A program made the translations under genes and the position numbers. Positions 42,330 through 55,037 of a DNA stretch of 64,000 bases are shown piece after piece (the stretch's first letter is position 1; each line of letters begins with the position of its first letter). Under the pieces are notes generated by a model, which saw only the letters and a program-made list of their open reading frames with translations, was not told the DNA's origin and ran no database searches. The stretch is from sequence record MT161459.1; one strand, given 5' to 3'.

Positions 42330-43526
42330 TTATAGTACCACTGGGATAGTGTGGACAAACTGGCTGGTATTGGCGAGTAGGTCCCAGTCATCACATTGAA
42401 CGACAATATCGTGACGGGTTACATCGTCGTACGTTGGGAACGCACTGAGCGCATATCGAGTCATGATGCCGATCATTGGCTGCAAAGAACTGTAGTCTGC
42501 AGTCACGAGGAATGATCCAGCTTCATCAGATTCTTGGAACGGAGAGTAGAACAGTCCACTCGCGTGATCCAACCCAGTCGGATCTTCCATCTTGCCGCCA
42601 ACCATCATGTAGTCCACCATAGAGTTGCCGTCCATGATCAACTTCAATCCAGTGCCACGGATAATGTCGTCATCGCCAACTTGACCGCTTGCACGGATCA
42701 GACCACACACCTTGAAACTAGCTACGAGGTACGTTGCTGGGATGGAAGTCCACCACTCGATCTCTGCCGCTGCTGAACATGCGCGCGAAATTAGCTCTCG
42801 ACCTTTGTAATACGGTACCGTGGACACCAGCGCAGCAGGCTCTTCTTTCTTACTGATAGTGATCAGTTTGGTAATGATATCGATGTTAATCTCTTCAGCG
42901 ATCGCTGTTGACAATAGGTCCTCAACTGCCAGGTCAGCATTCAAACCCTGACGCTCCATATCGTACAACAGTTCGATAGTCGTTGGGCTCTTCAGTTTGC
43001 GACTGCATACCCGAGCAGTCCATTTGTTGATCAAGAATCTGGACTCCGCTACGCTCGAATTCGGATCCTGGTACGTATCCGGATCAGCAGCATCCGACAC
43101 GAAGCGAAGTTTGCCGCGCATAGCGAGCTTATGAGCGTCTTCTATTGCCTTCGAGTTGAGGTAACTGTAGTCTCCATCTTCGATCACGCTAAACACGAAG
43201 TCGTACAGTACAAACATATCGCCCTTGACCATTCCGTCAGTAGGACCTGGCAACCCGCTATTACCAAATTGGTATTTACCACCGCTAGTGATATAATCCA
43301 ACTGGATGTCGTGGTTGTTATCCTCGTTATCCGCTTGGACATAGTCGTATCTCATTCCAAACACAGTAGCTATTGGTTGGGATGTCGGTTGAGTTGATAC
43401 CAACTCCTTGTAGATCTTCTCTTGTGTCTTGCGCGTCAATGAGATCAACGCTTCACGTCCGGATGCAATTCCAGCAGTGCCACTAGATTCTTGTATTAGC
43501 TGATTAATCTTGCTAACTTTAGCCAT
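42330..43526 (-). CDS. 24: Capsid vertex protein
   Basis: KINQLIQES, GRE.L..LTR.T...IY..LV.TQ.T.QP.A..FG.RY match T4 gp24; CTAAATA at 43553-43559. Confidence 0.92.
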   Translation of the reverse strand: MAKVSKINQLIQESSGTAGIASGREALISLTRKTQEKIYKELVSTQPTSQPIATVFGMRYDYVQADNEDNNHDIQLDYITSGGKYQFGNSGLPGPTDGMVKGDMFVLYDFVFSVIEDGDYSYLNSKAIEDAHKLAMRGKLRFVSDAADPDTYQDPNSSVAESRFLINKWTARVCSRKLKSPTTIELLYDMERQGLNADLAVEDLLSTAIAEEINIDIITKLITISKKEEPAALVSTVPYYKGRELISRACSAAAEIEWWTSIPATYLVASFKVCGLIRASGQVGDDDIIRGTGLKLIMDGNSMVDYMMVGGKMEDPTGLDHASGLFYSPFQESDEAGSFLVTADYSSLQPMIGIMTRYALSAFPTYDDVTRHDIVVQCDDWDLLANTSQFVHTIPVVL

Positions 43527-43565
43527 GTTAAGATTCCTCTTGGTTTATCCTTTATTTAGGGCAAC

Positions 43566-43591
43566 AAAAAGGGAGAGCTTTCGCTCTCCCT
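43566..43591 (-). terminator. Terminator after gene 23
   Basis: Minus strand AGGGAGAGC-GAAA-GCTCTCCCT-TTTT. Confidence 0.85.
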
Positions 43592-43611
43592 GTTGGTTTT
43601 GCTTTGGTCTA

Positions 43612-45192
43612 TTATACACCAGCAACCAGAACACGACGGAAGAAGGAGTTCTTACCGAACATGTTGGTGTGCTGCGGCATACCGTTGGAGATCTTAGCGA
43701 AGTCACGGTTAGCAGTACCGTCAGCCATTGGGTGCAGTTTAACACCGTAGCGAGTCTTGAAGCCCAGAACTGGTTGGAAGTTCTTAGGATCGGTACCACG
43801 CAGAGGGGTCAGAGCAACGTATGGGCAGTAGTAGATACCAGCGTCCATTTCGGAAGCGCCTTTGTAACCTACAGTGAAGTAATCTTCAACTGCATACTGA
43901 TCGATGAACACGCGATACTTGCCTGCCAGAACACCAGCGAACACGCTAGAGTTGGTGTCAGTGTTCATGGTGGTGTTAGCACCTTGAGCAGCGTAACCAA
44001 CCATCATGTCGGTGTGGCCCAGAGCAGCAGCAACGTTACGGGAACAGATCAGGAAGTTACCTTGACCACGACCAGTTTGACGACCGATTTCAGCAGCTTC
44101 TTTGTCGATCTGGATTACCAGAGCTTTGTAGGATTCACCAGCCCAACGAGCGCCACGAGTATCTTTCACGTCAGCGAAGTCGAAGGTACCAGCTTTACCA
44201 CCAGCTTGGTTGGTCCAACCAGTCTTACCAACACGTGCAGTAGCGTTGATCCACAGAATCATTTCACGGTTGATCTCGTGCATGATTTCGTTAGCCAGGA
44301 TGGTGCTCAACTCGGAGTCGGCGTCCAGACCGTGAACAGCGCGCAGATCTTGTGCCAGTTCGATGGAGTACTGTGCTTTCAGTTGACGGGACTTGGCTTC
44401 AACTACTTGCTTGTCGATACGGAAGGACATTTCATTCCATTCATTACCGGAGGAACCGTTGAAACCTTGTTGGAGTTCAGCGAAGCTGGTAGCCATTGCA
44501 GAACTGGTTTCAGCAGCCAGACCAGTAACAGTCAGCTTCTTGTAGATTGCTGTCGGTTTGGTCTCGGTAATGGAGTTTGCAGTGATCGGGGAGATAACTT
44601 GCATGGTCTTGGTACCAGCCAGTACACCGTCAGCTTCTTCGATGTGCAGCTTGAAGAAATCGCCAACTGCGTATGCTGCTTTAGCATCGAATTCGGAGAT
44701 GTCTTGTGCAGCGCCACGACCGGAGAAATCTGCGTCAGGACCGTACATTGGGTGGAATGCTTCACGAGCGGCTGCATCCAGAGCTTTGTCGCCGTAGATA
44801 GCACGCAGGGTAAACACTTGACCGGTAGAGCTAGTCATCGGTTGAACGCCGCAGATGTCGAACGCGATCAGTTGCGGAATGGAACGACGAACCAGACCCA
44901 TAACAGCAGGACCTACGTTAGTCACTTGACCAGTGGTTTCACCAGAAGCGATCTTGCCAGCGTCATACCCGTGATCGCCGCCGATATTGGCTTCGTTCAT
45001 GCGCTTGACGTCTACCATGGAGGTAACGACTACCGGATCGGTATACACGCCACCTTCGTTGTGGGTGATATCTTCGTGTTGGTTTTCGAACATACGCGAA
45101 ACGATATCTTTGCGCTTCATGGTAGCGATTTCCGGTGAACCTGCTTGCTCAACCAGTTTCTGCCACTTGGTCATCAGATCTTTCTTAGACAT
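43612..45192 (-). CDS. 23: Major capsid protein
   Basis: GLVRR.IP.LIAFDICGVQPM..TGQVF.LR, MSFRIDKQ, YCPYV.L, DPKNFQP..GFKTRYG; CATAAATA at 45249-45256. Confidence 0.98.
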   Translation of the reverse strand: MSKKDLMTKWQKLVEQAGSPEIATMKRKDIVSRMFENQHEDITHNEGGVYTDPVVVTSMVDVKRMNEANIGGDHGYDAGKIASGETTGQVTNVGPAVMGLVRRSIPQLIAFDICGVQPMTSSTGQVFTLRAIYGDKALDAAAREAFHPMYGPDADFSGRGAAQDISEFDAKAAYAVGDFFKLHIEEADGVLAGTKTMQVISPITANSITETKPTAIYKKLTVTGLAAETSSAMATSFAELQQGFNGSSGNEWNEMSFRIDKQVVEAKSRQLKAQYSIELAQDLRAVHGLDADSELSTILANEIMHEINREMILWINATARVGKTGWTNQAGGKAGTFDFADVKDTRGARWAGESYKALVIQIDKEAAEIGRQTGRGQGNFLICSRNVAAALGHTDMMVGYAAQGANTTMNTDTNSSVFAGVLAGKYRVFIDQYAVEDYFTVGYKGASEMDAGIYYCPYVALTPLRGTDPKNFQPVLGFKTRYGVKLHPMADGTANRDFAKISNGMPQHTNMFGKNSFFRRVLVAGV

Positions 45193-45273
45193 TGAAAAAA
45201 TTCCTTATGTTGTTTGAAGTGTGAGAGAAATTCTTCTCTTCATGAATCTATTTATGGGACTTGTTTTGGGCCA

Positions 45274-46056
45274 TTACAGATTCAGGTACTGCATTACCTC
45301 GGGGTCGATAGCTGGTTGAGCTTGTTCAACGACGGGTTGTTGGACTGGTTCATTCTCAGGCGGAACGAAATTCAGACCTTCTGCGATCGGCTCTTGTTTG
45401 GTAGGTTTGGTAACGCTAACCATTTCGACGATTGCGGACAGTTTGGTGCCAAAGGATTCGCCATAAGACATACCTTCTGACAGGGCAATAACTTTCTCTT
45501 TCTGGATGTCAGTCAGACCAGCAACAGCTTCGTGGATCTCTTGATCACGCTTGATGGTTTTGATGGACTCTTTCAGGGCCAAGTTGTTGTCCAGAACTTT
45601 ATTCAGTTCGACCTTGGATTCTTCCAGTTCGCTCTGCAGTTCGGAAACTACATCAACTGCTTCATCTGGAACAATTACGTTGTGCTCAACGAAGGTAGTC
45701 TTCATTGCGCCCAGCAGGCTTTCGAACATTTGAACCTTGATACCATTTTCGACAGCCAGTTTGTTCTCAGTCATCCATTCTTCAACCAGATGTTCGAAGT
45801 ATTTGTTGACATTTTCGGCCAACACAGCGTTCTTTTCAGAAGCCTTTTCTTCTACCAGTTGATCGGCCATTTCAGCCATTTGAGCGACGTGGGATTCAGC
45901 CAGCTTGACTGCATTTGCTTTCACAGTAGTTTCGAAAACGGCACTGAACTTGGTCTTGACTTCGTCAGACAGTTCGATGGATTCGAAAATGCTGTCCAGC
46001 TCAACATCAGTCTTGATGTTCTGCGCTTCTTGCAACAGAGTTTCTTTGATGGACAT
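45274..46056 (-). CDS. 22: Prohead core scaffold protein
   Basis: FESIELS.EVK..F..VFE..VK..A..LAE; acidic helical; syntenic. Confidence 0.93.
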   Translation of the reverse strand: MSIKETLLQEAQNIKTDVELDSIFESIELSDEVKTKFSAVFETTVKANAVKLAESHVAQMAEMADQLVEEKASEKNAVLAENVNKYFEHLVEEWMTENKLAVENGIKVQMFESLLGAMKTTFVEHNVIVPDEAVDVVSELQSELEESKVELNKVLDNNLALKESIKTIKRDQEIHEAVAGLTDIQKEKVIALSEGMSYGESFGTKLSAIVEMVSVTKPTKQEPIAEGLNFVPPENEPVQQPVVEQAQPAIDPEVMQYLNL

Positions 46057-46087
46057 TTTGTTTCCTCGAGTTTGTTGTACGTATTAT

Positions 46088-46729
46088 TTATGCAAGCGTT
46101 TTCAGCGCTTCGCTTAGAGCGAGGAACGCGGTATCTTGCGAAATTTTTTGGGGCTCTACTACTGCAGGATGTTCCACGGTAGGTTCCTTGGATTCGTATA
46201 CCGGTTTGACGTATGCATTTGGCGCACTTGGGCCCCAAACCACATCAACGCCAACTGTCAGTTTGAATCCTTCCTGCACTTCGTTAATCCCGTAGGAGTT
46301 ACGTTTCAGAGTTCCGAGTCCGCGAGAGCTGACTCCAGGAATCCATCCAGCACGAATAAGCGCTGCAGTTTTATCCCCCTCCGCGTAATCCCCCTCGACG
46401 ATTCGAGCTCTACCCCATACATCGTTGCCTCTCCACTCCAAATGCTCTATAATAATAGCGGCGTGTAGTGGATCTGGCATTGATCGTTGTGGATGGTTCA
46501 ACTCCCCAAGGGCTTGGTTTGTGTTTACTTGTTCCTTGATGTATTTAGCAACCGCTTCTTGAAGGACCTTTTTTGGGTAGAGACGCTCGTTGCCATTCAC
46601 TACCTCAGCCTGCAAGAATACACCCTCGATGTACAACTTTCCGTTGACTTCTTTGGACTCCACAAACATTTTCTGATCGCCAGCTTTACCTGGCTGACCC
46701 CAATCTTCTACTAGCAGGATCGGTTCCAT
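46088..46729 (-). CDS. 21: Prohead protease
   Basis: LYIEGVFLQAEVVN.N.R.YP, ALGELNHP, GVSSRGLG, DVVWGPSAP.A. Confidence 0.97.
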   Translation of the reverse strand: MEPILLVEDWGQPGKAGDQKMFVESKEVNGKLYIEGVFLQAEVVNGNERLYPKKVLQEAVAKYIKEQVNTNQALGELNHPQRSMPDPLHAAIIIEHLEWRGNDVWGRARIVEGDYAEGDKTAALIRAGWIPGVSSRGLGTLKRNSYGINEVQEGFKLTVGVDVVWGPSAPNAYVKPVYESKEPTVEHPAVVEPQKISQDTAFLALSEALKTLA

Positions 46730-46730
46730 T

Positions 46731-47210
46731 TTAGATCCCCATCTGCTTGCGCTTCTTCAAAGCCTTCTTAGTCTTGCGAAGTGCGCGAACTTGTCCACTT
46801 GGGTTAGCGCGTCTGGTTTTTGCAGCTTTGCGTGCAATTTGACGGCGTTGACCTTTAGACAGTCCAGTTGTTTGAGTTGCGTTGCGCTCGCGAGTTTTAC
46901 GGTCTTTCGTTCGGGTAATGATACCCATCGAGTTGACGTGACGCACGATTGATTCTTCCACACTAACTTCTTCTCGAAGTGACAGCATCGCCAGCGCTTC
47001 GATTGATTCATCAGTATTTAGCATGCGTTCCAACAGCGTGTCAACATCGGATCCGAATGTTGACTCCAGTGTCAGCAACTTTTGTTTTGATTCTTCAACT
47101 TTTGCAGTAACGAGACTCTCCAGTACGTCGAACTCTTCGTCCGATTCAACCATACGGCCTGTTTGGGAGACGCGCCATTTTGCAACCACTTGTTCTTTTG
47201 TGATGGACAT
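46731..47210 (-). CDS. 68: Prohead core protein
   Basis: TTGLSK..RRQIARKA.KT.RANPS...RA.RK.KKA..KRK.MG; AGGTG RBS at MSITK. Confidence 0.92.
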   Translation of the reverse strand: MSITKEQVVAKWRVSQTGRMVESDEEFDVLESLVTAKVEESKQKLLTLESTFGSDVDTLLERMLNTDESIEALAMLSLREEVSVEESIVRHVNSMGIITRTKDRKTRERNATQTTGLSKGQRRQIARKAAKTRRANPSGQVRALRKTKKALKKRKQMGI

Positions 47211-47253
47211 TTTAGCACCTTGTGTTATTGACGGCGGGACACTCCCGCCGTCA

Positions 47254-47409
47254 TTATTCGTCGTCTTCCTCAAAGGGAGCAGCGTTAGCTGCAATCTCTC
47301 TACGGGTAGCTTCAATCGCTCCGCGCGTTCGTGTGGACATCTCGTACTCGAACGCTTGTTTTGCGGCCATGAAATCCCCATCCTGCACAGCTTGCATAAA
47401 TTCATTCAT
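47254..47409 (-). CDS. 67: Prohead core protein
   Basis: 51 aa, acidic C-terminus, GD...AK..F; lies between genes 20 and 68. Confidence 0.8.
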   Translation of the reverse strand: MNEFMQAVQDGDFMAAKQAFEYEMSTRTRGAIEATRREIAANAAPFEEDDE

Positions 47410-47410
47410 T

Positions 47411-48964
47411 TTAGAAATCCTCTGGTTCTTCTTCTTTGTCTTTGAGGACAGGGTCCTCCAATTCTTTCTCGATGCGTTCGCGCTCCTGCTCAATCTCTTC
47501 ATCGGACATCTTCAAGACGTTCTTCATGATGTAGTCGTGGGATAGATACTTGCCAGTAATGTCAGCAAGTGCTTGGACTAACCCAACGCGTCGTTCCATG
47601 ATTTCAACGTCTTTGATCTCTTCGAAGTATGAGTCCTTGGAGAACACTACGCGAATATTTTCTCGTTCATCTTCCCACTCCTGTTCGGACATCTTGCCTT
47701 TCAATAGCAGGTTGGTCTTGAGCGGATCGGTGAAAATGACTTCAAATTGTTGCTGCAGACCGCGGATCAATTTGGTGAACTGGAGCTCATCGCGCGTGAT
47801 ATCGCTACCGCCGCCAAACTGAACGCCACCACCTTCTTGAGGTAGGCGGGAGAGAGGAATTTTCATGCTCTCGTACAGCTTGCGGTTGAACCAACGCACG
47901 TCATCCATTTCACCCATAGATTGGGCACCAGGAAGTGTCGAAACTTCGGTAGTTGCTTTACCATCTCGGCGCATCAGCCAGTAATCTTCTGTCATAGACA
48001 GGTTGTTCGAGCTGTTCTTGACTTTGCCAGTAGCACTATCGTAAACTACGCGGTTCTTCATCCCCTGCATGACATTATTTAGATGCATGGTTGCTTTCTT
48101 GTTTGGCATGTTGCCAACATCGATGTAGAACACGCGACGTTCTGGAGCTCTGGTGATACGATAGATGACCATCGCATCTTCCAGCATCTTCAACTGGTTT
48201 GCAGGTTTGATGACGTTGTGCAGGTATCCAATAATGCTTTTGCCGTCAATGTCACATTTCCCGCTATGAGAATATACCATCGCCATCGCTGGAATGATTA
48301 CGCGCGTGTTGGTATTGATGATATTGTAGCGAGCATCGTCGTTGCCAGTATATGTGAAAAATTCACGATATCCCTTGTATACATCGTTGCCATTTTCGTT
48401 TTCTTTGTAGATCTCACGAACGTATTCAACAGATCGCGGATCCAGAAGTCGAAGCTCCTTGATTCCCTCTTTTGGTTTCTTAGGGTCGATCATCTTGTGG
48501 AAATACAGACGACTGTCGATATACCATCTACGGAAATGACGCTTGCCTTCACGCTCAAAATTCAGCAGCTTGAGGATCTCACGAAACTCATCACGGACAG
48601 TGTTCTTGACAGACTCAGACCATTTGGTTTTGTCGAGATCCAAGTACACCGTATCTTTGTTGTCTTCTTGAACGATCGCATCGTTGATAATCTCGTCAAT
48701 TGCGTTGTCTACCTCGTGGTATTTGGATAGCGATCTATACTGGTTGACGAGATCTTTCGTGTTCTGAATTCTAGGAGCGCTGCCATAGAATGCTTGATTG
48801 AAACTCTTACGAGGAGCTGACGTATCAACGTGTTCAAGCTCTGTAGCTCCGTCCGCGTTGTCGGGCATCGCAAAGCTGTCAATTCGATTGTCAAGATCCT
48901 TATCGAGATCTTTGCCTGAGGCTGTAAACCACGGCATCAAAAAACTTAGAATTGGGTTGCTCAT
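47411..48964 (-). CDS. 20: Portal protein
   Basis: EVDNAI.EI.N.AIV, FRRWY.D.R, YRITRAP.RRVFYIDVG.MP, EDYWL.RR.G. Confidence 0.98.
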   Translation of the reverse strand: MSNPILSFLMPWFTASGKDLDKDLDNRIDSFAMPDNADGATELEHVDTSAPRKSFNQAFYGSAPRIQNTKDLVNQYRSLSKYHEVDNAIDEIINDAIVQEDNKDTVYLDLDKTKWSESVKNTVRDEFREILKLLNFEREGKRHFRRWYIDSRLYFHKMIDPKKPKEGIKELRLLDPRSVEYVREIYKENENGNDVYKGYREFFTYTGNDDARYNIINTNTRVIIPAMAMVYSHSGKCDIDGKSIIGYLHNVIKPANQLKMLEDAMVIYRITRAPERRVFYIDVGNMPNKKATMHLNNVMQGMKNRVVYDSATGKVKNSSNNLSMTEDYWLMRRDGKATTEVSTLPGAQSMGEMDDVRWFNRKLYESMKIPLSRLPQEGGGVQFGGGSDITRDELQFTKLIRGLQQQFEVIFTDPLKTNLLLKGKMSEQEWEDERENIRVVFSKDSYFEEIKDVEIMERRVGLVQALADITGKYLSHDYIMKNVLKMSDEEIEQERERIEKELEDPVLKDKEEEPEDF

Positions 48965-48982
48965 TAATATCTCCTTTGCATG

Positions 48983-49001
48983 TATTTATACTTCTATTTA
49001 G
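48983..49001 (-). promoter_or_regulatory. Tandem late promoters for gene 20
   Basis: Minus strand CTAAATA (48995-49001) and TATAAATA (48983-48990). Confidence 0.75.
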
Positions 49002-49040
49002 AGGGGACATTAATGAGGGGAGCGATTGCTCCCACCCATA

Positions 49041-49529
49041 TTACTGCCACCAGTCCATGGACAGAGTTACTTCGAATGTTTCCACTTCGGAGTTCTGATC
49101 CCAGCTCAGTTGCAACTCTGCGATGTTGGTCGGCCAGATACCGTAGAGAGTGTAGCTGCGCGTTACGTTGGTCTTGCGATCCAACTGACGTACAGTTGCT
49201 TCTTTTTTGTAGCTGGATGGACTTTCGCCGGAGATGTTGCGGTCCATAGCTTGAGCAAGGTTCTGCCAAGCGATGAATTGCTGACGGACATTGTGTTCCG
49301 TGTCGTTATACACGGTAATGGTCCAATCTTCGTAAGTTCGATCGCCAGCCAGTTTCAGTTTTTTGTTCTGATAGCTGACTGGGATTGGTTCAACCACACC
49401 AGATGGCATGGATGCACCCTTACACTTGAATTTGAAGTCTTTGCCCAGGAATGGGATCTCTACTTCAAACAAGTTGGGGCGAGCTAAGTCGCCCCCTACA
49501 TATGCTTTAGTGATGTCTGTCAGTTCCAT
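49041..49529 (-). CDS. 19: Tail tube protein
   Basis: GDLARPNLFEVEI, K..AGDRT..DWT.TV.ND, WPTN..EL.L.WD....V..F.VT...DW. Confidence 0.97.
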   Translation of the reverse strand: MELTDITKAYVGGDLARPNLFEVEIPFLGKDFKFKCKGASMPSGVVEPIPVSYQNKKLKLAGDRTYEDWTITVYNDTEHNVRQQFIAWQNLAQAMDRNISGESPSSYKKEATVRQLDRKTNVTRSYTLYGIWPTNIAELQLSWDQNSEVETFEVTLSMDWWQ

Positions 49530-49538
49530 AAGTCCCCC

Positions 49539-51578
49539 TTATTGTTGGAAGCTGCCTACAAGCTCATCGAAATCTGCACCAGTTGAAGTGGCTACAAAAT
49601 TCAAAGAAATGAAATTTATCGAGCGAGCAGGTTTGATCAAGATCGTGGCTACGAACTCGTTGCGGTCAATGACAGTTGGGCTGTTATTGCTTTCGTCACA
49701 GATTACGCGGAAGTCGTAGATGCCACCCAGCGACCGAATAGTATCCAGATAGGAGCTTACTTCGCTGCGGAAACTGGAGCGAGTGAACGCATCGTTCAGT
49801 TCGAACAGCTTGTACTTGGCACTTTCACTGATGGATTTCTTCAACAGGTTAAACAGTCTGCGGACGTTGATACGGTCAAACGGAGTCGGAGCCTGTGAAG
49901 CTGTCTTATCGCCATACAGAACGTAACCTTGTCCAGCAAAACCAACAACTGGGTTGATTCCATTCTGGTACATTTCATCACGATGCGGCTGACGAGTTTC
50001 GATTGCCAGTTTGATGACGTTTGCGATCTGACCGCGGTTGAATCCAGCTGGAGACATCCAAGGTTGACCAACGGTGTCTGTACGAGCACACAGTCCAGCA
50101 ATGTCAGCAGCCAGTGGGATCCAACGGTTGATGTCATTGTACTTGTCGTACTGGTATTTATAGTTGCCGTCAATCGTGGCGTACGTAGTTCCAACGTTCA
50201 TGTTGTCATCGATAGCAGCACCGGAAGTCGTGATACCGCGACGCCAGTCAACAATCTTGCGAACTGCAGTGGCTACCGGTTGATTGATCACAAACTCACG
50301 CGGAGGAGAGACGGACACCAGACAGTCGCGACGTTCGTCAGCAATTGCAATGACTGCTTTCTGTACAGTAGATGCCAATTTAGCGCCTTCGCCTGCACAT
50401 GCCCCTGCAATCAGCAGGTTGATGTCGGTATGCTCACGGTCTGCGAACATGTCCCAACCTTTGATCCAGTCACCAGCACTCACAGTTGAACTTCCAGCAT
50501 TACCACCACCAAATGACAGAACGCCGGTGTACGTTGCAGGCCAAGATTCAGCAGTTGCTTGAATATACGAGCTGTAACCGTTGCCAAAGTACTCATCTAC
50601 GTGGATACTAGTCCCGTAAACATCACGATCGCCAACTTTGGTGGATAGGATCTTGGATTCTACTGCCACTCCGTTGTTGAATACAATGAACGCGAACTGG
50701 TTCGGGTTTTGCGGGCCGTACTCGAGGAAGCTGCTCGGAGTGATGTTACCATATTGAAGACCGCTTGGGTAAACCACTGGATCGATAGTCTTCACGCTAG
50801 TTACGCGACCATTGGCATCGAAGTTGTAATAGTCTTTATACGCGATGATCGCTACCTTGAGGTTATCTCCGTAGTTACCTGCGTAACGAGCAGCCATGAC
50901 TGGGATGCGTTGTTCTTCGCACACGTCGATGAACGTTGCTTTCAAGTCATCGCGCATGGACAGAGCGGACTTCGCAAACTCGTCGTTCGGGAAGTAGATG
51001 TTACTGTCCAGTTGGATGGAGTCAATAGTTGCAGTTGCACTTTGACCGCTTCCTGGGCCACCGCTGACGAATTGCATTTGCCACGCGACATCCAGATTCG
51101 GATAGTCATTCAGGGTCTTAGCTTTTGCGATGATCGCTGCAGTTGGGATAACCACTGCAACAACGCCACCAGAAGCGGAGACTTTGGTAACTGCGCCAGT
51201 TGCGACGATAGCACCAGCTTGCAGTACGTTGACTACAGATCCTGGTTTGTAACCAACACCAGCAGAGGTAATGGTGTATTTCAGAGTTTCGTACTGCGGA
51301 GAAGAATTTCGTGCGGTCAGTTCATTCAGAACGCGAACTACACGAAGATCGTTTCCGTATTGTAGGAAGTTGATACCGCTGAAGAAACTATCTGCGGTCT
51401 GGTCATCTGGACGACCAAACTTATCAACCATATCGACTTCGGAGACCGTTTGCGTAATCTGGAATGCAGCACCCCAGTTATACTTACCAACCAGAGCAGC
51501 ACGTCCAGTGGACGATCTTGCGATGGTGGTCTGCAGGTTGATCTCTTTGGTCTCAATTCCTGGAGAGAGTAATGTCAT
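49539..51578 (-). CDS. 18: Tail sheath protein
   Basis: MTLLSPGIE.KE, YKYQYDKYND.NRW.PL, PWMSPAG.NRG, FDRINVRRLF, PARSINFI.LNF.AT. Confidence 0.98.
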   Translation of the reverse strand: MTLLSPGIETKEINLQTTIARSSTGRAALVGKYNWGAAFQITQTVSEVDMVDKFGRPDDQTADSFFSGINFLQYGNDLRVVRVLNELTARNSSPQYETLKYTITSAGVGYKPGSVVNVLQAGAIVATGAVTKVSASGGVVAVVIPTAAIIAKAKTLNDYPNLDVAWQMQFVSGGPGSGQSATATIDSIQLDSNIYFPNDEFAKSALSMRDDLKATFIDVCEEQRIPVMAARYAGNYGDNLKVAIIAYKDYYNFDANGRVTSVKTIDPVVYPSGLQYGNITPSSFLEYGPQNPNQFAFIVFNNGVAVESKILSTKVGDRDVYGTSIHVDEYFGNGYSSYIQATAESWPATYTGVLSFGGGNAGSSTVSAGDWIKGWDMFADREHTDINLLIAGACAGEGAKLASTVQKAVIAIADERRDCLVSVSPPREFVINQPVATAVRKIVDWRRGITTSGAAIDDNMNVGTTYATIDGNYKYQYDKYNDINRWIPLAADIAGLCARTDTVGQPWMSPAGFNRGQIANVIKLAIETRQPHRDEMYQNGINPVVGFAGQGYVLYGDKTASQAPTPFDRINVRRLFNLLKKSISESAKYKLFELNDAFTRSSFRSEVSSYLDTIRSLGGIYDFRVICDESNNSPTVIDRNEFVATILIKPARSINFISLNFVATSTGADFDELVGSFQQ

Positions 51579-51592
51579 TGTGTTGTCCTTTA

Positions 51593-53993
<2,401 letters not shown>

Positions 53994-54002
53994 TTTATCT
54001 CC

Positions 54003-54824
54003 TTATGGTATATTGACACGTGGGTGTGGCGGTTCAGGTTCTACAGGGATTGGGATATTCTCGGATTCAGTCTGCTTGACTTTTCCATCCCAGTTTTCTT
54101 TCTGCGCTGTTCTCGGATCTACTTCCATATCAACAGATTCGAAGCTGCCTTCACTATTGAGCTCCACGCGGTTAGAGTTGAAATCCAAATATATGGTCTT
54201 GATTTCACCCTTCAGATCGACAATTGGAGGATATAACCATCCGTCCATTTCGAATATCAGATCCCACTGGAGTCTGCGACGACTCATTTTATCGCCTTCC
54301 ACTTCCTCGCTCATACTCAGCGACTGGTGCGTAATTTGGATGTCTCTGTCCACCGGACTAAGGCTATCGTGCAACTCCGTAATTCTGGTTGTAAAATTGG
54401 GCTGGAAGTATGGGAGGATCTGCTCCACTATTTGAAGCATATCGTCTTCGAATCTGGTGTATATCGACAGCTCGAACATTAGCTTGTACGGAACTGGATT
54501 TGATCTACTGACTGTATTCTTGGCGCCTAGCGTAGTACTCCGAACGTTCACCCCAGTTTTGAATGTGGGATTATAGATCATGTCTACCATGGACAGGTTC
54601 ATGCGCGGAAGAATAGTTTCCACCTTAGCGATTCCAGATTGGTCCATATTGCTAAGCATGCTGTTCAGTTTGACAGCAAATCGCTCTTTGCTGGAGTATG
54701 TAATCGGAACCTTGATATAGCTGACGACCCCATCTCGTTCTCTCGCTACTTGGACGCCATTAAACAGCTGTCCCATTAGCACTATGTATCTGCGGATACT
54801 GCTGTTGTAAAAATAGCCAAACAT
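54003..54824 (-). CDS. 15: Tail sheath stabiliser/terminator
   Basis: FGYFYNSSIRRYIVLMG.LF, KVPITY.SKE.F, ETILPRM, QI.EQILPYFQP; CTAAATA at 54843-54849. Confidence 0.97.
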   Translation of the reverse strand: MFGYFYNSSIRRYIVLMGQLFNGVQVARERDGVVSYIKVPITYSSKERFAVKLNSMLSNMDQSGIAKVETILPRMNLSMVDMIYNPTFKTGVNVRSTTLGAKNTVSRSNPVPYKLMFELSIYTRFEDDMLQIVEQILPYFQPNFTTRITELHDSLSPVDRDIQITHQSLSMSEEVEGDKMSRRRLQWDLIFEMDGWLYPPIVDLKGEIKTIYLDFNSNRVELNSEGSFESVDMEVDPRTAQKENWDGKVKQTESENIPIPVEPEPPHPRVNIP

Positions 54825-54852
54825 TGTGGTCTCCTTTTAATTTATTTAGCGG

Positions 54853-55028
54853 TGGAGCGTAGCGACACTCCCCGAAGGGGGAGAAATAGAATCTCCTTAT
54901 ACCCTTTAAAGAGACTCTATAAGTCCCCCCTCTACCGACCTACGGTCGGAGATGTCGCTACGCTCCATCCATTTAAACCTTCTATAACCGTCTATACGGA
55001 ATCCCATCACTAACCTGATAGATCGTAC
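54853..55028 (-). repeat. Structured non-coding dispersed element, copy B, with perfect 15-bp terminal inverted repeats
   Basis: TGGAGCGTAGCGACA (54853-54867) and TGTCGCTACGCTCCA (54953-54967) flank a core shared with 16279-16340. Confidence 0.9.
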
Positions 55029-55037
55029 TGATGCTAA

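Noticed and set aside
43510-45138. 542-aa plus-strand ORF
   Set aside because: It is antisense to gene 23 in register and is a codon-bias artefact. The same applies to 17546-18439, 1926-2612, 38974-39663, 39614-40582 and similar overlaps.
54853-54967. Autonomous insertion sequence
   Set aside because: It has terminal inverted repeats but no transposase ORF and no clear target-site duplication. Kept only as a non-coding repeated element.
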